A stretch of DNA of 64,000 nt from Nitrospinales bacterium (GCA_965223345.1 CBDCWG010000012.1:2432001-2496000); one strand, 5' to 3'; shown: positions 40,839 through 50,988, counted from the stretch's first letter. Translations and numbers: made by a program. The notes: generated from the sequence alone by a model not told the origin.

Positions 40839-41516
40839 TTAACCGGTGTTGTCCGGTGTGGATGGGGAGCGTTTCAGGGGAAAATAATGCTTCAGGATGA
40901 GATGGGTGGGCAGCATGATCGCAAAAAAAAGCACGAGTGTTCCTACAACAAAATAAAGGTGTGGGGCCATCCAGGTTTGCGGGTCGGGGCCCGGGCCGTA
41001 CACCCAGTTGATATTTTCCTGCGGTCCGGTGATGGAAAACGTCACGATCAGGATGAATGCGGTCAGCAGGGATTGCATTTTCAGTGCCCGGGTGTCGTAG
41101 CCCCAACGAAAAAGCAGGTACACCACCAGAGCCGGCAGCAAGACATGGAACAGCGAGAGGCTGCGGTAATGAAGGGGCTCTGTGGGGTCGAACATGTATT
41201 CGGTGAAATTGAGAAACGGACCGCCGATGAGAATCCGGCCGAAGAAGTCAAAATTCCACGCCAGCTCCATGGGCAGCACGCCCACCGCAATCATGCTGTT
41301 GACCAACGGGCTTTCCCGCCAGAGAGCGACAATCAGCATCAAAAAGGCGATGTCCGAAAGCCATAAAAGATGCTTGGCTCCCAGAACCCAGATATACGCC
41401 GGGAACAGCACGCAGGCGAACAAAGTGGGTCCGACTTTGATCCAGAGGGGGAGGGCAGAGGCTCGAATCGAGCCGGGTGTTGGGGGAGTGGGGCGAGTCG
41501 AGCTGGGATTCGTCAC
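40839..41516 (-). CDS. Integral membrane protein of unknown function
   Basis: About 6 TM; LWLSDIA, TEYMFD, SLFHV and ENINWVYG motifs; GTG start at 41516 is uncertain. Confidence 0.7.
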   Translation of the reverse strand: MTNPSSTRPTPPTPGSIRASALPLWIKVGPTLFACVLFPAYIWVLGAKHLLWLSDIAFLMLIVALWRESPLVNSMIAVGVLPMELAWNFDFFGRILIGGPFLNFTEYMFDPTEPLHYRSLSLFHVLLPALVVYLLFRWGYDTRALKMQSLLTAFILIVTFSITGPQENINWVYGPGPDPQTWMAPHLYFVVGTLVLFFAIMLPTHLILKHYFPLKRSPSTPDNTG

Positions 41517-41633
41517 AGGAATCCCTCGAAAGAGGTTAAAGAAGGGAAGGGTGTTTCCCTGGAACCCGGTGGCGTTCACTCCCTCCACTACTGCCGGGGG
41601 CGGCTTGTGTCGGGCGACTTGCCCGATTTCTAT

Positions 41634-43034
41634 TCAGGAACAAGCGGCGATTTCGGCTTTCAGGTCGGGTTTGACGCGCACCGGATCGACGGTTTTGTTG
41701 ACCATGTCCTGGGTGTTCTTGACGGCCAGTTTGTCGAACAGGAAATCGAACTTGCCTTCCAGCTCTTTGCCGATGGCGTCGCGGATCTCCTGCGGCAGCG
41801 CCCAGAAACGGGCTTTGAATTCGCCGAATCCTTTTTTGCGGGTCTTGTAGATGAACTGCTCGTCGGTCATGTCGTCTTTCTTCTCATTGGCGAACTTGAC
41901 GCGCAGGTGCTTGTAGATCTCTTCCTTGAAGTCTTGCGGGAAATGCTTGCTGTCGTAAATCATGTTCTGGAAATCGGTGGCGAGGTGGATTTCCGCGGTT
42001 TCCAGTTCCGGGAATTTGTTGAACAGGTCCGCCGGGAGCGTGGACGCGCCGTGCTGCACGGCGCCGGCGATGCCGTAGTCTTCCCGCGCAATGCGCGACA
42101 GGTTGTCCAGCGTCTCGAAATCCAGGTTCACTTCGGCCACGCTGCCGTCGGGCAGCGGCACGCCGCCGTGCGAGGTGCCGGTCTGGATGGAAATCTTGCT
42201 GATGCCTTTGGCGCCGGGCCGGGTCTTTTCGAGCACGTCGTTGAAGTTGTCGAGGTAGGCCCGCAGTTCCTGCTCGTTGCTGTTCTGTTTGCCCACTTCG
42301 CCGATCTCGCCGCCCACCGAAATGGTGACGCCTTCCGGCTCCAGCTCGCGCACGTAATCGGTGAGCTCGACGCCCACTTCGTAATTGAGACGCTGCTGTT
42401 CCTTGACCGTGTCGTGGCTGAGATCGACCAGGGTGGAGGTGTCGATGTCGATGTTGTAAAAACCCGCGTCGATGGCCTGCCGGATCAGCTGCTTGAGTCC
42501 CTCGATTTCCTTTTTGGGATCCGCCGCGTAATTTTTGGCGTTCACCTGAAAATGGTCTCCCTGCACGAACACGGGGCCGGTGTGGTTTTCCTTGATGGCG
42601 GCGGCGAGGATCACCGCGGCGACCTCGTGCGGCAACTGGAAGGTGTAGCCGATTTCGGATTTGGCGATCTCGAAGATCAGCGCGCCGCAATCGACCTTCT
42701 GGGCCGAACGGAACACCGCCCGGCACATGTCGTAGGACAGGCCGCGCACGTTGAGCGCGGGAACGGTGAAGCCTTTGACCTCGCCCCTGCCGCGGGCTTC
42801 GTAGAGTCCCTGGATCGAAGCCAGCACGATGCCCATTTCCTGGGCGGCGGATTTGATCAGGTAGCGCGAAAAACCCTTGATTTCATTGGACTCGTTGAGA
42901 ACGGCGTTTTCCACCAGGGTGTCGATGGTGGCGTCGCGGAGTTTGTCCCTGTTTTCCAGTTTGACGCTGCCGTTGTTCTGACCGACGATTCCTTTCAACT
43001 GATCGGTGATTTCGCTCTTCGTGGAAAACAGCAT
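41634..43034 (-). CDS. Class II fructose-bisphosphate aldolase family protein (long type)
   Basis: VPALN, QGDHFQ, GEIGEVG, GTSHGG and VQHGAS metal-binding motifs. Confidence 0.85.
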   Translation of the reverse strand: MLFSTKSEITDQLKGIVGQNNGSVKLENRDKLRDATIDTLVENAVLNESNEIKGFSRYLIKSAAQEMGIVLASIQGLYEARGRGEVKGFTVPALNVRGLSYDMCRAVFRSAQKVDCGALIFEIAKSEIGYTFQLPHEVAAVILAAAIKENHTGPVFVQGDHFQVNAKNYAADPKKEIEGLKQLIRQAIDAGFYNIDIDTSTLVDLSHDTVKEQQRLNYEVGVELTDYVRELEPEGVTISVGGEIGEVGKQNSNEQELRAYLDNFNDVLEKTRPGAKGISKISIQTGTSHGGVPLPDGSVAEVNLDFETLDNLSRIAREDYGIAGAVQHGASTLPADLFNKFPELETAEIHLATDFQNMIYDSKHFPQDFKEEIYKHLRVKFANEKKDDMTDEQFIYKTRKKGFGEFKARFWALPQEIRDAIGKELEGKFDFLFDKLAVKNTQDMVNKTVDPVRVKPDLKAEIAACS

Positions 43035-43458
43035 GGGACTCTCTCCTTAGTGTGGTTTATTGCGATAAAAACCGGTGGATTTCCCTGAGATTGGGGCGAT
43101 TATTTCGATGCGAACGCAGGGCGAAATTTCCGGGAACCCGTATCGACTGTCCACAACAATACATTAATTGTAATTTGGGTGTGGTTTGAATTCGGCTAGA
43201 GATAGCCTGTCATTTCTATTTTAGCCAAAAATATCCCCGGAGGCAAAACATCTTTGCATGGAAGGGTTTTTAGCGGCTGGCGCAAAGATTTCAAGGCATT
43301 TCCACACCCCCGGACGGCCGTTTTTTCCCGGGTGGATCGGCTTTCGGAACGGGGGCGGGAAAAACCCGCCTTTAAAGCTGTGTTTTCATCCATCCGGTGC
43401 TCGGGAAAGAAGCTTATAAAGGGTTGGAAATACAGTGCTAACCAACCTTCGTTTCTTG

Positions 43459-43486
43459 TTGACAGGCGGGTATAATTTGTTAGAAT
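43459..43486 (+). promoter_or_regulatory. Putative sigma70 promoter of the USP gene
   Basis: TTGACA-N16-TAGAAT with an extended -10 TG. Confidence 0.6.
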
Positions 43487-43624
43487 TTCTCTCAAAATGA
43501 GCAACACCTCCATTTTTCATTCCTCATGGCTCCGATTCAGACATTGAGAATGAATTAATCATAGCCTGGAAACCATTGCCCGACCCCCGGCGGACCGGGA
43601 GGCGGGAAGGGAGAGATAACCCCC

Positions 43625-45616
43625 ATGTTCAAACATATTTATCTGCCTGTAGACAATTCCGACTTTTCCAATACATGCATCGACTTGGGACTGGAATTTG
43701 CTGTGAAGGGCGAAACCACCATCACGGCCAGCCATGTGTACGCCGCGAAAATGCACGATGTGCGCTTCCGGCAAATGGAAAGCGGTTTGCCCGAGGAGTA
43801 TCAGGACGAACAGGAATTAGAGAAACAGCGCAATATCCACGACCAGTTGATCACCAAAGGCATGGAAGTGATCACGGACTCCTATCTGGAAGTTCCCAAA
43901 CGCCGCTGTCAAGAGGCGGGCGTGCCTTTTGTCGGCAAATCCCTCGAAGGCAGGAACTGGATCGAGCTGGTGCGGGACATCAAGGAGTCTACCTACGATC
44001 TGGTCATCCTGGGTGCGCTCGGCTTGGGAGCCATCAAGGACAGCATGATCGGCACGGTTGCCGAGCGGGTCATCCGGCGCACGCAGACCGACATGCTGGT
44101 GGTCAAATACATTCCGGAATTGCATGGGGAGCGGGCGTCCAGCGGCAAGATCGTCGTGGCGGTGGACGGCAGCGGTCATTCCTTCGGCGGTTTGAAGACG
44201 GGGATCGAGCTGGCCAAGCACCTGAACCGGCCGCTGGAAATCATCTCCACGTTCGATCCGTATTTCCATTACGCGATGTTCAACAGCCTGACCGGCGTGC
44301 TCACCAAGGAAGCCGGCAAGGTGTTCAAGTTCGAGCAGCAGGAAAAACTGCACGAGGACATCATCGACAAGGGACTGGCAAAAATTTATCAGGCGCATCT
44401 GGAAATCTCCAAGAAGATCGTCGAGGAAGAGGGCATGGACTGCACCATCCGCCTGCTCGACGGCAAGGTTTTCGAAAAAGTGCTGCAGTACGCGCGTGAG
44501 GAAAACCCGTATCTGCTCATCCTCGGCCGCATCGGCGTGCACAGCGCACCCGACATGGACATCGGCGGCAACACCGAGAACCTGCTGCGGCTGGTGCCCT
44601 GTAACGTTTATCTTTCGAGCAAGGTGTTCAAGCCGCCGATCGACATGCAGGCGGAAGAGAGCATCGAGTGGACCGCCGAAGCGAAAGAGCGGCTCAAGAA
44701 GATTCCCGGATTCGTGCGGCCCATGGCGACTTCCGCGATTCTGCGCTACGCCCTGGAGCGCGGCCACAGCATGATCACCTCCAGCGTCATCACCGAGGCG
44801 GTGGAGAACATCCTGCCCGCCGGCGCCATGCAGGCCATGCGCGCGATCGGCGAGAACATGAAAAACGAAGGCGTCGATCCGGAAGGCCCCGAGGTTCTGG
44901 GCAAACTCAAGGATCAGATGATGGAAGCGCACGCCGGCAAGAGCGCCGACGAGGTCACGCTCAAGTGTACGAGCTGCGGCACCATTCTGAAAGGCGATGT
45001 GGTCCGCTGCGGCGTCTGCGACGCGACTTCCGAACGCTTCCTGCCGATCGACAAGGAAGAGTTCAAGCCGGATCAGAAGGAAGAAGAGCAGAAAACCGAG
45101 GTCACCACGTTCGACGATGTGGTCGTCACCTGGACCCAGGACGCGATGGATTATCTCGACGAGATCCCGGAACACCATGTCCGGCGTCGCGCGCGCGCCC
45201 GGATCGAAAAGAGCGCCCGCGTACAGAAGATCGCGACCATTTCCCGCGCTTTTGCCAGCAAGATCATCAACGAGAAGGCGGTCAAGGAAGACGTCAACGG
45301 CAACGGCAAAAACGGCAATGGCGACAGCGAGACCAAAACCATCCAGGAAGTCATGCAATACGGCGCCGAGTCGGACCCGAAGGACTTCAACTGGAGTAAG
45401 GAAGCGCTGGAGCGGCTCGAGCGGGTTCCCAAAGGCTTCATGCGGGACAACACGCAGAACCGCGTGATGGGTTACGCCAAGATGAACGGCATCAAGGACA
45501 TCTCCCTGGAGGTCTGTGAAAAGGGCATCGCCGAATCCGTCAAGTTGATGGAGGATGCGATCAAAAACGGCGCCACCCTGGAAGACTTTCTGCCCAAGAA
45601 AGAGGTGGGAGCCTGA
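43625..45616 (+). CDS. Multidomain protein: two USP domains, three PCP_red-like modules and a CxxC...CxxC ribbon
   Basis: FKHIYLPVDNS...GTVAERVIR; KIVVAVDGS...GGNTENLLR; WTAEAKERLKKIPGFVR, WTQDAMDYLDEIP and WSKEALERLERVPKGFMR; CTSC...CGVC. Confidence 0.8.
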   Translation: MFKHIYLPVDNSDFSNTCIDLGLEFAVKGETTITASHVYAAKMHDVRFRQMESGLPEEYQDEQELEKQRNIHDQLITKGMEVITDSYLEVPKRRCQEAGVPFVGKSLEGRNWIELVRDIKESTYDLVILGALGLGAIKDSMIGTVAERVIRRTQTDMLVVKYIPELHGERASSGKIVVAVDGSGHSFGGLKTGIELAKHLNRPLEIISTFDPYFHYAMFNSLTGVLTKEAGKVFKFEQQEKLHEDIIDKGLAKIYQAHLEISKKIVEEEGMDCTIRLLDGKVFEKVLQYAREENPYLLILGRIGVHSAPDMDIGGNTENLLRLVPCNVYLSSKVFKPPIDMQAEESIEWTAEAKERLKKIPGFVRPMATSAILRYALERGHSMITSSVITEAVENILPAGAMQAMRAIGENMKNEGVDPEGPEVLGKLKDQMMEAHAGKSADEVTLKCTSCGTILKGDVVRCGVCDATSERFLPIDKEEFKPDQKEEEQKTEVTTFDDVVVTWTQDAMDYLDEIPEHHVRRRARARIEKSARVQKIATISRAFASKIINEKAVKEDVNGNGKNGNGDSETKTIQEVMQYGAESDPKDFNWSKEALERLERVPKGFMRDNTQNRVMGYAKMNGIKDISLEVCEKGIAESVKLMEDAIKNGATLEDFLPKKEVGA

Positions 45617-45640
45617 TCCGACCCCTGCCTGAAAAAACAC

Positions 45641-45675
45641 AAACCCGGTACCGGTTTTCGGTGCCGGGTTTTTTT
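45641..45675 (+). terminator. Rho-independent terminator
   Basis: aaacccggtaccg-gtttt-cggtgccgggttt followed by a T run. Confidence 0.8.
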
Positions 45676-45695
45676 ATTCCAGCAGCAAAACTTTC

Positions 45696-45750
45696 GACGG
45701 GATACAGGAAAAAGGCGGCCTCGCGCAAAGCCGCGAAGGCGCAAAGAAAA
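45696..45750. repeat. Degenerate copy of repeat motifs A and B
   Basis: gacgggatacagga then cgcgcaaagccgcgaaggcgcaaagaaaa. Confidence 0.6.
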
Positions 45751-45949
45751 GCAGCCACAGGACAGCAAGGGCAGGTGAAGGGTGTTTCTCAGGAGAGGCG
45801 AATCCAGCGTCCCGCCATCTCTGAAAACATCTGAAAAACCGAGGCAAACGGTTTCTTAGAAGCAGTAACTGTGAAATTGGTTCGATTTTCTATCAGTTAA
45901 GCCTTTAAAATGAAAGAGTTGGGCCAGCTTCCCGCAAGTGGAGAAAACC

Positions 45950-46237
45950 ATGCGGTTCATCCTTACATTTTTATCGCTTCCGTTATTGCTTATTGTTGCG
46001 TCTGTGTATCCCGCGTTTCCGGATATCAGCTGGTTTGGCTGGACCTGCGCCGTTTTTCTTTATATAGCCACTCTTTTATGGGCTTTAAGGACCGAAGTCC
46101 ATTCTGCCCACACGGGCAAGCGAGGCTCGGTCAATTCTGAAGCCGGGGGCAATTACTGTGGTGACGGGATAACCAACGGCGGGTACGATGGCTATGGGGG
46201 TGGTGATAGTGGCGGTGGAGGCGGCGGTGATGGCTGA
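45950..46237 (+). CDS. Small 2-TM protein with Gly-rich tail (paralog 1)
   Basis: MRFILTFLSLPLL...GGGDSGGGGGGDG, with RBS GGAG. Confidence 0.65.
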   Translation: MRFILTFLSLPLLLIVASVYPAFPDISWFGWTCAVFLYIATLLWALRTEVHSAHTGKRGSVNSEAGGNYCGDGITNGGYDGYGGGDSGGGGGGDG

Positions 46238-46378
46238 TAGACATCCAATGTTTTTTCTTGCTGCCGAGGAATTCGGGGTATTAGGTGGTCGATATCAGCG
46301 ATATTGATTAGATTTCCCGCCTGCAGGGCTTTAAAATAAAGGAGTGGCAGGTTTTACAATCCTTTTGCCGGAGAACCC

Positions 46379-46660
46379 GTGCGATTCATCCTGACGATTC
46401 TGTCCCTTCCCCTGCTCATCTGGGTGGCGGTGCAGTACGACCCGGCGATTCTGGAAATCGGCTGGCTCGGCTGGCTGGGCGTCTTTTTTCTGTATGTGTG
46501 GGCCGTCCTCTGGGCGCTCGATAGCCAGATCAATCAAGCCCGGCCGGGCGACTTCTCCTCCGGGGGGACCGGTGGAGGGCACGGCGGTTATGGTGGCGAT
46601 GCCGGTTTAAGTGGCTGTGACGGCGGAGGCGCCGGGGGTGGAGACGGTGGCGGCTGCTGA
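46379..46660 (+). CDS. Small 2-TM protein with Gly-rich tail (paralog 2)
   Basis: MRFILTILSLPLL...GCDGGGAGGGDGGGC, with RBS GGAG. Confidence 0.7.
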   Translation: MRFILTILSLPLLIWVAVQYDPAILEIGWLGWLGVFFLYVWAVLWALDSQINQARPGDFSSGGTGGGHGGYGGDAGLSGCDGGGAGGGDGGGC

Positions 46661-46714
46661 ACGCGTCTTGATCCGGCCGGTTTGAGCGATCCTCATTTTC
46701 TGAATTTCATTTCC

Positions 46715-48472
46715 ATGTCCTTCCAGTTATACAAACGGCTTTTTGCCTACATTCGGCCTTATCTGCCGAAGCTGATTCTGGCGATCCTGTTTTCGATCGC
46801 GGTGGGTGGCATCGCCACGTCGCCGGTGCCGATCGTGCAGAAAACCTTCGATAAGATCTTCGTTGAGAAAGACACCTTCATGCTGGTGGTCATCCCGCTG
46901 GCGCTGGCGGCGCTGTATTTTCTCAAGGGGATTTTGCAATACGCGGCCAACCGCATCATCCTGGGGATCTCCTGGGAACTGGTGGTCTCGATGCGGGAAA
47001 AACTGTTCCGCCACATCCACCGGCTGCCGTTTCATTTCTTCGAGGCGCACGAAACCGGGCACCTCATTTCCAGGATCGTCAACGACGTCACGATCATGCA
47101 GTCCACGGTGACGCGGCTTCTGAAAGAATTCATGCAGAACAGCGTCATGGCGGTCGCGCTGATCGGCTGGCTGTTTTATATGAAGTGGCAGTGGGCGCTG
47201 ACGGCGCTCATCGTGTTTCCGCTGATGGTGCTTCCCATCGCCAACATTTCCCGAAAGCTCAAACGCCTGAGCCACAGGGGACAGGAAATCCTCGCCGACA
47301 TCAACTCGACGATCCTCGAATCGATCTCCGGCGTCAAGGTGGTGCGGGCGTTCGGACTCGAAAGCCAGGAGGTGGACAAGTTCCAGAAGCACAGCGCGGA
47401 TTACCTCGCGGTGATGAAAAAGAACGTGAAGTACATCGAGATCATCTCGCCGCTGATGGAGTTTCTCGGTGTGGCGAGCGCCGCGGTGGTGCTGTGGTAC
47501 GGCGGCAGCCAGGTGCTGGCGGGCGAGGTGAGCCAGGGCACGTTCATCGCCTTCATCCTGGCGCTGTTCATGCTGTACGGTCCGCTGCGCCTGCTGTTCA
47601 AGATCTACGCCAATTCGCAGGTGGCGCTGGCAGGGGCCGAGCGGGTGTTCGCGGTTCTGGACCAGGAAGTGGAGAAGGACGAGGCGGGCAAGCGCGAGCT
47701 GACCGGCTTTAATGATCAGGTCGAATTTCAGAACGTGTCGTTCCGCTATCCCTCGCGCCAGGCGCTGGTGCTGCAAAACATCGATCTCACGGTGCAAAAA
47801 TCCGAAGTGCTCGCCATCGTCGGCATGAGCGGCGCGGGCAAGACCACGCTGGTGGATCTGCTGTTCCGCTATTTCAACCCTACAGGCGGAAAGATCCTCA
47901 TCGACGGCACAGACATCCGCGAGTTTTCCCACGAATCATTGAGAAGCCATCTGGCGCTGGTCACCCAGGAAACCTTCCTGTTCAACGACACGATCCTCAA
48001 CAACATCGCCTTCGGCAAACCGGGCGCCACGCGCGAGCAGATTCTGGAAGCGGCGAAGGCGGCGCACGTCGATGCGTTCGTCGCGGCGCTGGACGACGGC
48101 TACGAGACGATGATCGGCGAACGCGGCGTCAAGCTCTCGGGCGGTCAGCGGCAGCGCATCGCCATCGCCCGCGCGATTCTGCGCGACGCGCCGATCCTGG
48201 TGCTGGACGAGGCCACCTCGTCCCTCGATTCCGAATCGGAAAAGCTGGTTCAGGATGCGCTGAAACGGCTGATGCAGCACCGCACGACGTTCGTCATCGC
48301 GCACCGCCTGTCCACCATCAAGCACGCGGACCGCATCGTCGTGCTCGATGCGGGCGAGATCGTCGAGAGCGGCACGCACGACGAACTGCTTGCGGGCAGC
48401 GGGCTCTATCAGAAGTATTTCGAGATGCAGTTTGTCGATGTGGGCGAACTCGGAAAGCGGACGAAAGGCTGA
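46715..48472 (+). CDS. msbA: MsbA-like ABC exporter (TMD+NBD)
   Basis: 6-TM domain; GMSGAGKT, LSGGQRQR, LDEATS and IAHRLST motifs. Confidence 0.75.
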   Translation: MSFQLYKRLFAYIRPYLPKLILAILFSIAVGGIATSPVPIVQKTFDKIFVEKDTFMLVVIPLALAALYFLKGILQYAANRIILGISWELVVSMREKLFRHIHRLPFHFFEAHETGHLISRIVNDVTIMQSTVTRLLKEFMQNSVMAVALIGWLFYMKWQWALTALIVFPLMVLPIANISRKLKRLSHRGQEILADINSTILESISGVKVVRAFGLESQEVDKFQKHSADYLAVMKKNVKYIEIISPLMEFLGVASAAVVLWYGGSQVLAGEVSQGTFIAFILALFMLYGPLRLLFKIYANSQVALAGAERVFAVLDQEVEKDEAGKRELTGFNDQVEFQNVSFRYPSRQALVLQNIDLTVQKSEVLAIVGMSGAGKTTLVDLLFRYFNPTGGKILIDGTDIREFSHESLRSHLALVTQETFLFNDTILNNIAFGKPGATREQILEAAKAAHVDAFVAALDDGYETMIGERGVKLSGGQRQRIAIARAILRDAPILVLDEATSSLDSESEKLVQDALKRLMQHRTTFVIAHRLSTIKHADRIVVLDAGEIVESGTHDELLAGSGLYQKYFEMQFVDVGELGKRTKG

Positions 48473-48478
48473 AGCCGC

Positions 48479-49525
48479 ATGCGTTTCCAAAAAGTCTGCA
48501 TCGAAGCTTTGGGATACCACCTTCCGGAAAACCGCGTCAGCTCCGAAGATCTGGAAAGGCAGCTAGCTCCGCTGTATGAAAGGCTGAAGCTGCCGTTCGG
48601 CCGGCTCGAGATGATGAGCGGCATCCGCGAGCGGCGTTTCTGGGACAAGGGCGTGTTCCCCAGCGAGATCGGCTCCATCGCGGGCGAGCGCGCCATCGAA
48701 CGGTCCGGCATCGACCGCTCCCACATCCAGTGCCTGATCTCCGCCTCGGTGTGCCGGGATTTTCTGGAACCCGCCACCGCTTCTTTGATCCACCACAACC
48801 TGAAACTGCCGCGCCAATCCTACGTGTTCGATCTGTCCAACGCCTGTTTGGGTGTGCTCAATGGCATCGTGCACATCGCCACGATGATCGAAATGGGGCA
48901 GATCCGCGCTGGCCTCGTGGTGGCCGGGGAAAACGGCGGGCCGCTGGTGCACAACACGATCGAAACCCTGCTTTCCCGCACCGAGATCACGCGCAATCAG
49001 GTGAAGGCGTCGTTCGCTTCGCTCACCATCGGCTCCGCGGCAGTGGGAGTGCTGTTGACGCACGAAAGCCTCTCCAAATCCGGGCACCGGCTTCTCGGCG
49101 GCGCTTCCTACGCCGCGACCGAATTCAACGACCTGTGCCGGGGCAACGACGACAGCGGCGCGGATTCCAACTGGGCGCCGCTCATGGAGACCGATTCCGA
49201 ACGCCTGATGCGGGAGGGCTGCCGCCTGGCCGGGGAAACCTGGAACGGGGTGCGCGACATCCTGGGCTGGAAAAACGCAGACGTGGACCGGGTGTTCTGC
49301 CATCAGGTGGGCAGCATGCACCGCAAGCTGCTGTACGAGACCGTGGGGCTGCCGCTTGAGAAGGATTTCTCCACGCTGGAATTTCTCGGCAACACGGGAG
49401 CCGCGTCGCTGCCGGTGACCCTGGCTCTGGGCGAAGAACAAAACGCCATACAAAGCGGCGACAAGGCGGCCCTGCTCGGCATCGGCAGCGGACTCAACTG
49501 CCTGATGCTGGGCGTGCAATGGTGA
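48479..49525 (+). CDS. oleA: OleA, thiolase/FabH-like head-to-head acyl condensing enzyme
   Basis: LAPLYERLKLPFGRLE...GIRERRFW; EPATA (Glu), NACLG (Cys), HQVG and GNTG. Confidence 0.88.
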   Translation: MRFQKVCIEALGYHLPENRVSSEDLERQLAPLYERLKLPFGRLEMMSGIRERRFWDKGVFPSEIGSIAGERAIERSGIDRSHIQCLISASVCRDFLEPATASLIHHNLKLPRQSYVFDLSNACLGVLNGIVHIATMIEMGQIRAGLVVAGENGGPLVHNTIETLLSRTEITRNQVKASFASLTIGSAAVGVLLTHESLSKSGHRLLGGASYAATEFNDLCRGNDDSGADSNWAPLMETDSERLMREGCRLAGETWNGVRDILGWKNADVDRVFCHQVGSMHRKLLYETVGLPLEKDFSTLEFLGNTGAASLPVTLALGEEQNAIQSGDKAALLGIGSGLNCLMLGVQW

Positions 49526-50400
49526 CCGAGGCGTTCCGCGAGCTTTACCCTTACCGCTCCCATTCCCTGAGGCTGGGAAACCTGCGCTACCACTTTCTCG
49601 ACGAGGGCGAAGGCGAGCCGCTCCTGATGTTGCACGGCAACCCCACCTGGTCGTTTCATTTCCGCAATCTCATCCTCGGCCTGCGTCATAAATTCCGCTG
49701 CGTCGTGCCCGACCACATGGGCTGTGGCCTTTCGGACAAGCCGCTCGACTACAACTACACGCTGGCCCAGCACATCGACAACGTGGAGGCGCTGGCCGAC
49801 GCGCTCAAACTGAAGGACCTCACGCTGGTGATGCACGACTGGGGCGGCGCCATCGGCATGGGGTTCGCGGTGCGGCGGCCCGAGTGCGTGAAGCGGCTGG
49901 TGCTGTTCAACACGGCGGCGTTTCTGTCCGGCCGCATTCCGTTCAGCATCGATGTCTGCCGGCACCCCGCGTTTGGCCCGTTCGCGGTGCTCAAGCTCAA
50001 CGCGTTTTTGCGCGGCGCGCTGCTGAGAGCGCCCAAACACAAAGACCGCATGACCCGCGAGGTGAAGGCGGGCTACCTGGCCCCGTACCCGACCGCAGAC
50101 AGCCGCATCGCCATCCTGCGCTTTGTGCAGGACATCCCGATGACGCCGGAGGTTCCCAGCCACAGCGTGGTGCGGGACATGCAGGAAAAGCTCACGCAGT
50201 TTCGCGACCGGCCCGCGCTCATCATCTGGGGCAAAAAGGATTTCTGCTTCACCGATCATTTTCTCACGCGCTGGAAGGAATTTCTGCCGCAGGCCCAGGT
50301 CGAGGAGGTGGCGGACGCGGGTCATTTCGTGGTGGAGGACGCCTACGAGCGTATCGTCCCGTGGATGCTGGCGTTTCTGGAACGCCACCCTGTGCGCTGA
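49519..50400 (+). CDS. oleB: OleB, haloalkane-dehalogenase-like beta-lactone decarboxylase
   Basis: HGNPTWSF, HDWGG, RFVQDIP, DFCF and AGHFVVED motifs; overlaps oleA. Confidence 0.85.
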   Translation: MVTEAFRELYPYRSHSLRLGNLRYHFLDEGEGEPLLMLHGNPTWSFHFRNLILGLRHKFRCVVPDHMGCGLSDKPLDYNYTLAQHIDNVEALADALKLKDLTLVMHDWGGAIGMGFAVRRPECVKRLVLFNTAAFLSGRIPFSIDVCRHPAFGPFAVLKLNAFLRGALLRAPKHKDRMTREVKAGYLAPYPTADSRIAILRFVQDIPMTPEVPSHSVVRDMQEKLTQFRDRPALIIWGKKDFCFTDHFLTRWKEFLPQAQVEEVADAGHFVVEDAYERIVPWMLAFLERHPVR

Positions 50401-50445
50401 ACCTGAAATCCGGCTGCCTGTGAGAGGTGCAAGATGGATTCCGGC

Positions 50446-50474
50446 TTGACAGTCTCACGCCCCTAAGGTATTCA
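50446..50474 (+). promoter_or_regulatory. Putative sigma70 promoter placing +1 at or near the ATG at 50481
   Basis: TTGACA-N17-TATTCA, 6 nt before the ATG. Confidence 0.5.
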
Positions 50475-50480
50475 TGGGCT

Positions 50481-50894
50481 ATGTCCCGAATCTGGAAAAT
50501 GCTGCCGAAGATCGTCTTTCTGCTGGTCCTTCTGGGCTTTGCTTTTCCCATGAAAGCCCCGGTTTCCCTGGCCAAGGGGAAGATGTGCTGCAAGGGAACC
50601 TGCTGGATGGCGCCCGCCCCCATGAAGCTGTCGGGTGAGAGCCCCGGCAAACGGATGATTTCCTGCTGCCAGAAAAACTGTTCCGCCGTTTCCGACCGCA
50701 GGGTGGCGCCGCCTTCCAATCCGGGTTTTTCCAAAGTCTCCACGAAATTTCTGGCTTCCGGTGACGGTTTGCCGCTTCTGCTGTCACCCCCCGGAGCCGA
50801 TTCGAGACCGCTGTTTGCACCGCTTCGCTTTCCTCTCAACACCGCGGGCACAACGCGCCCCATTTTCCAGGTGCACTCTGTCTACCTGATTTGA
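50481..50894 (+). CDS. Cys-rich exported leader-type protein preceding a metal-handling operon
   Basis: Signal/TM segment, MCCKGTC, SCCQKNC, Pro-rich tail ending PIFQVHSVYLI. Confidence 0.6.
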   Translation: MSRIWKMLPKIVFLLVLLGFAFPMKAPVSLAKGKMCCKGTCWMAPAPMKLSGESPGKRMISCCQKNCSAVSDRRVAPPSNPGFSKVSTKFLASGDGLPLLLSPPGADSRPLFAPLRFPLNTAGTTRPIFQVHSVYLI

Positions 50895-50988
50895 TACCAC
50901 CGCTTTTTTCGAATCTCTGATTTTATTATTCATTCCTTTTCCCCATACAGGGAGAAGTCCGTTCTGATTTGAAAAAGGAAGGTGTGTC

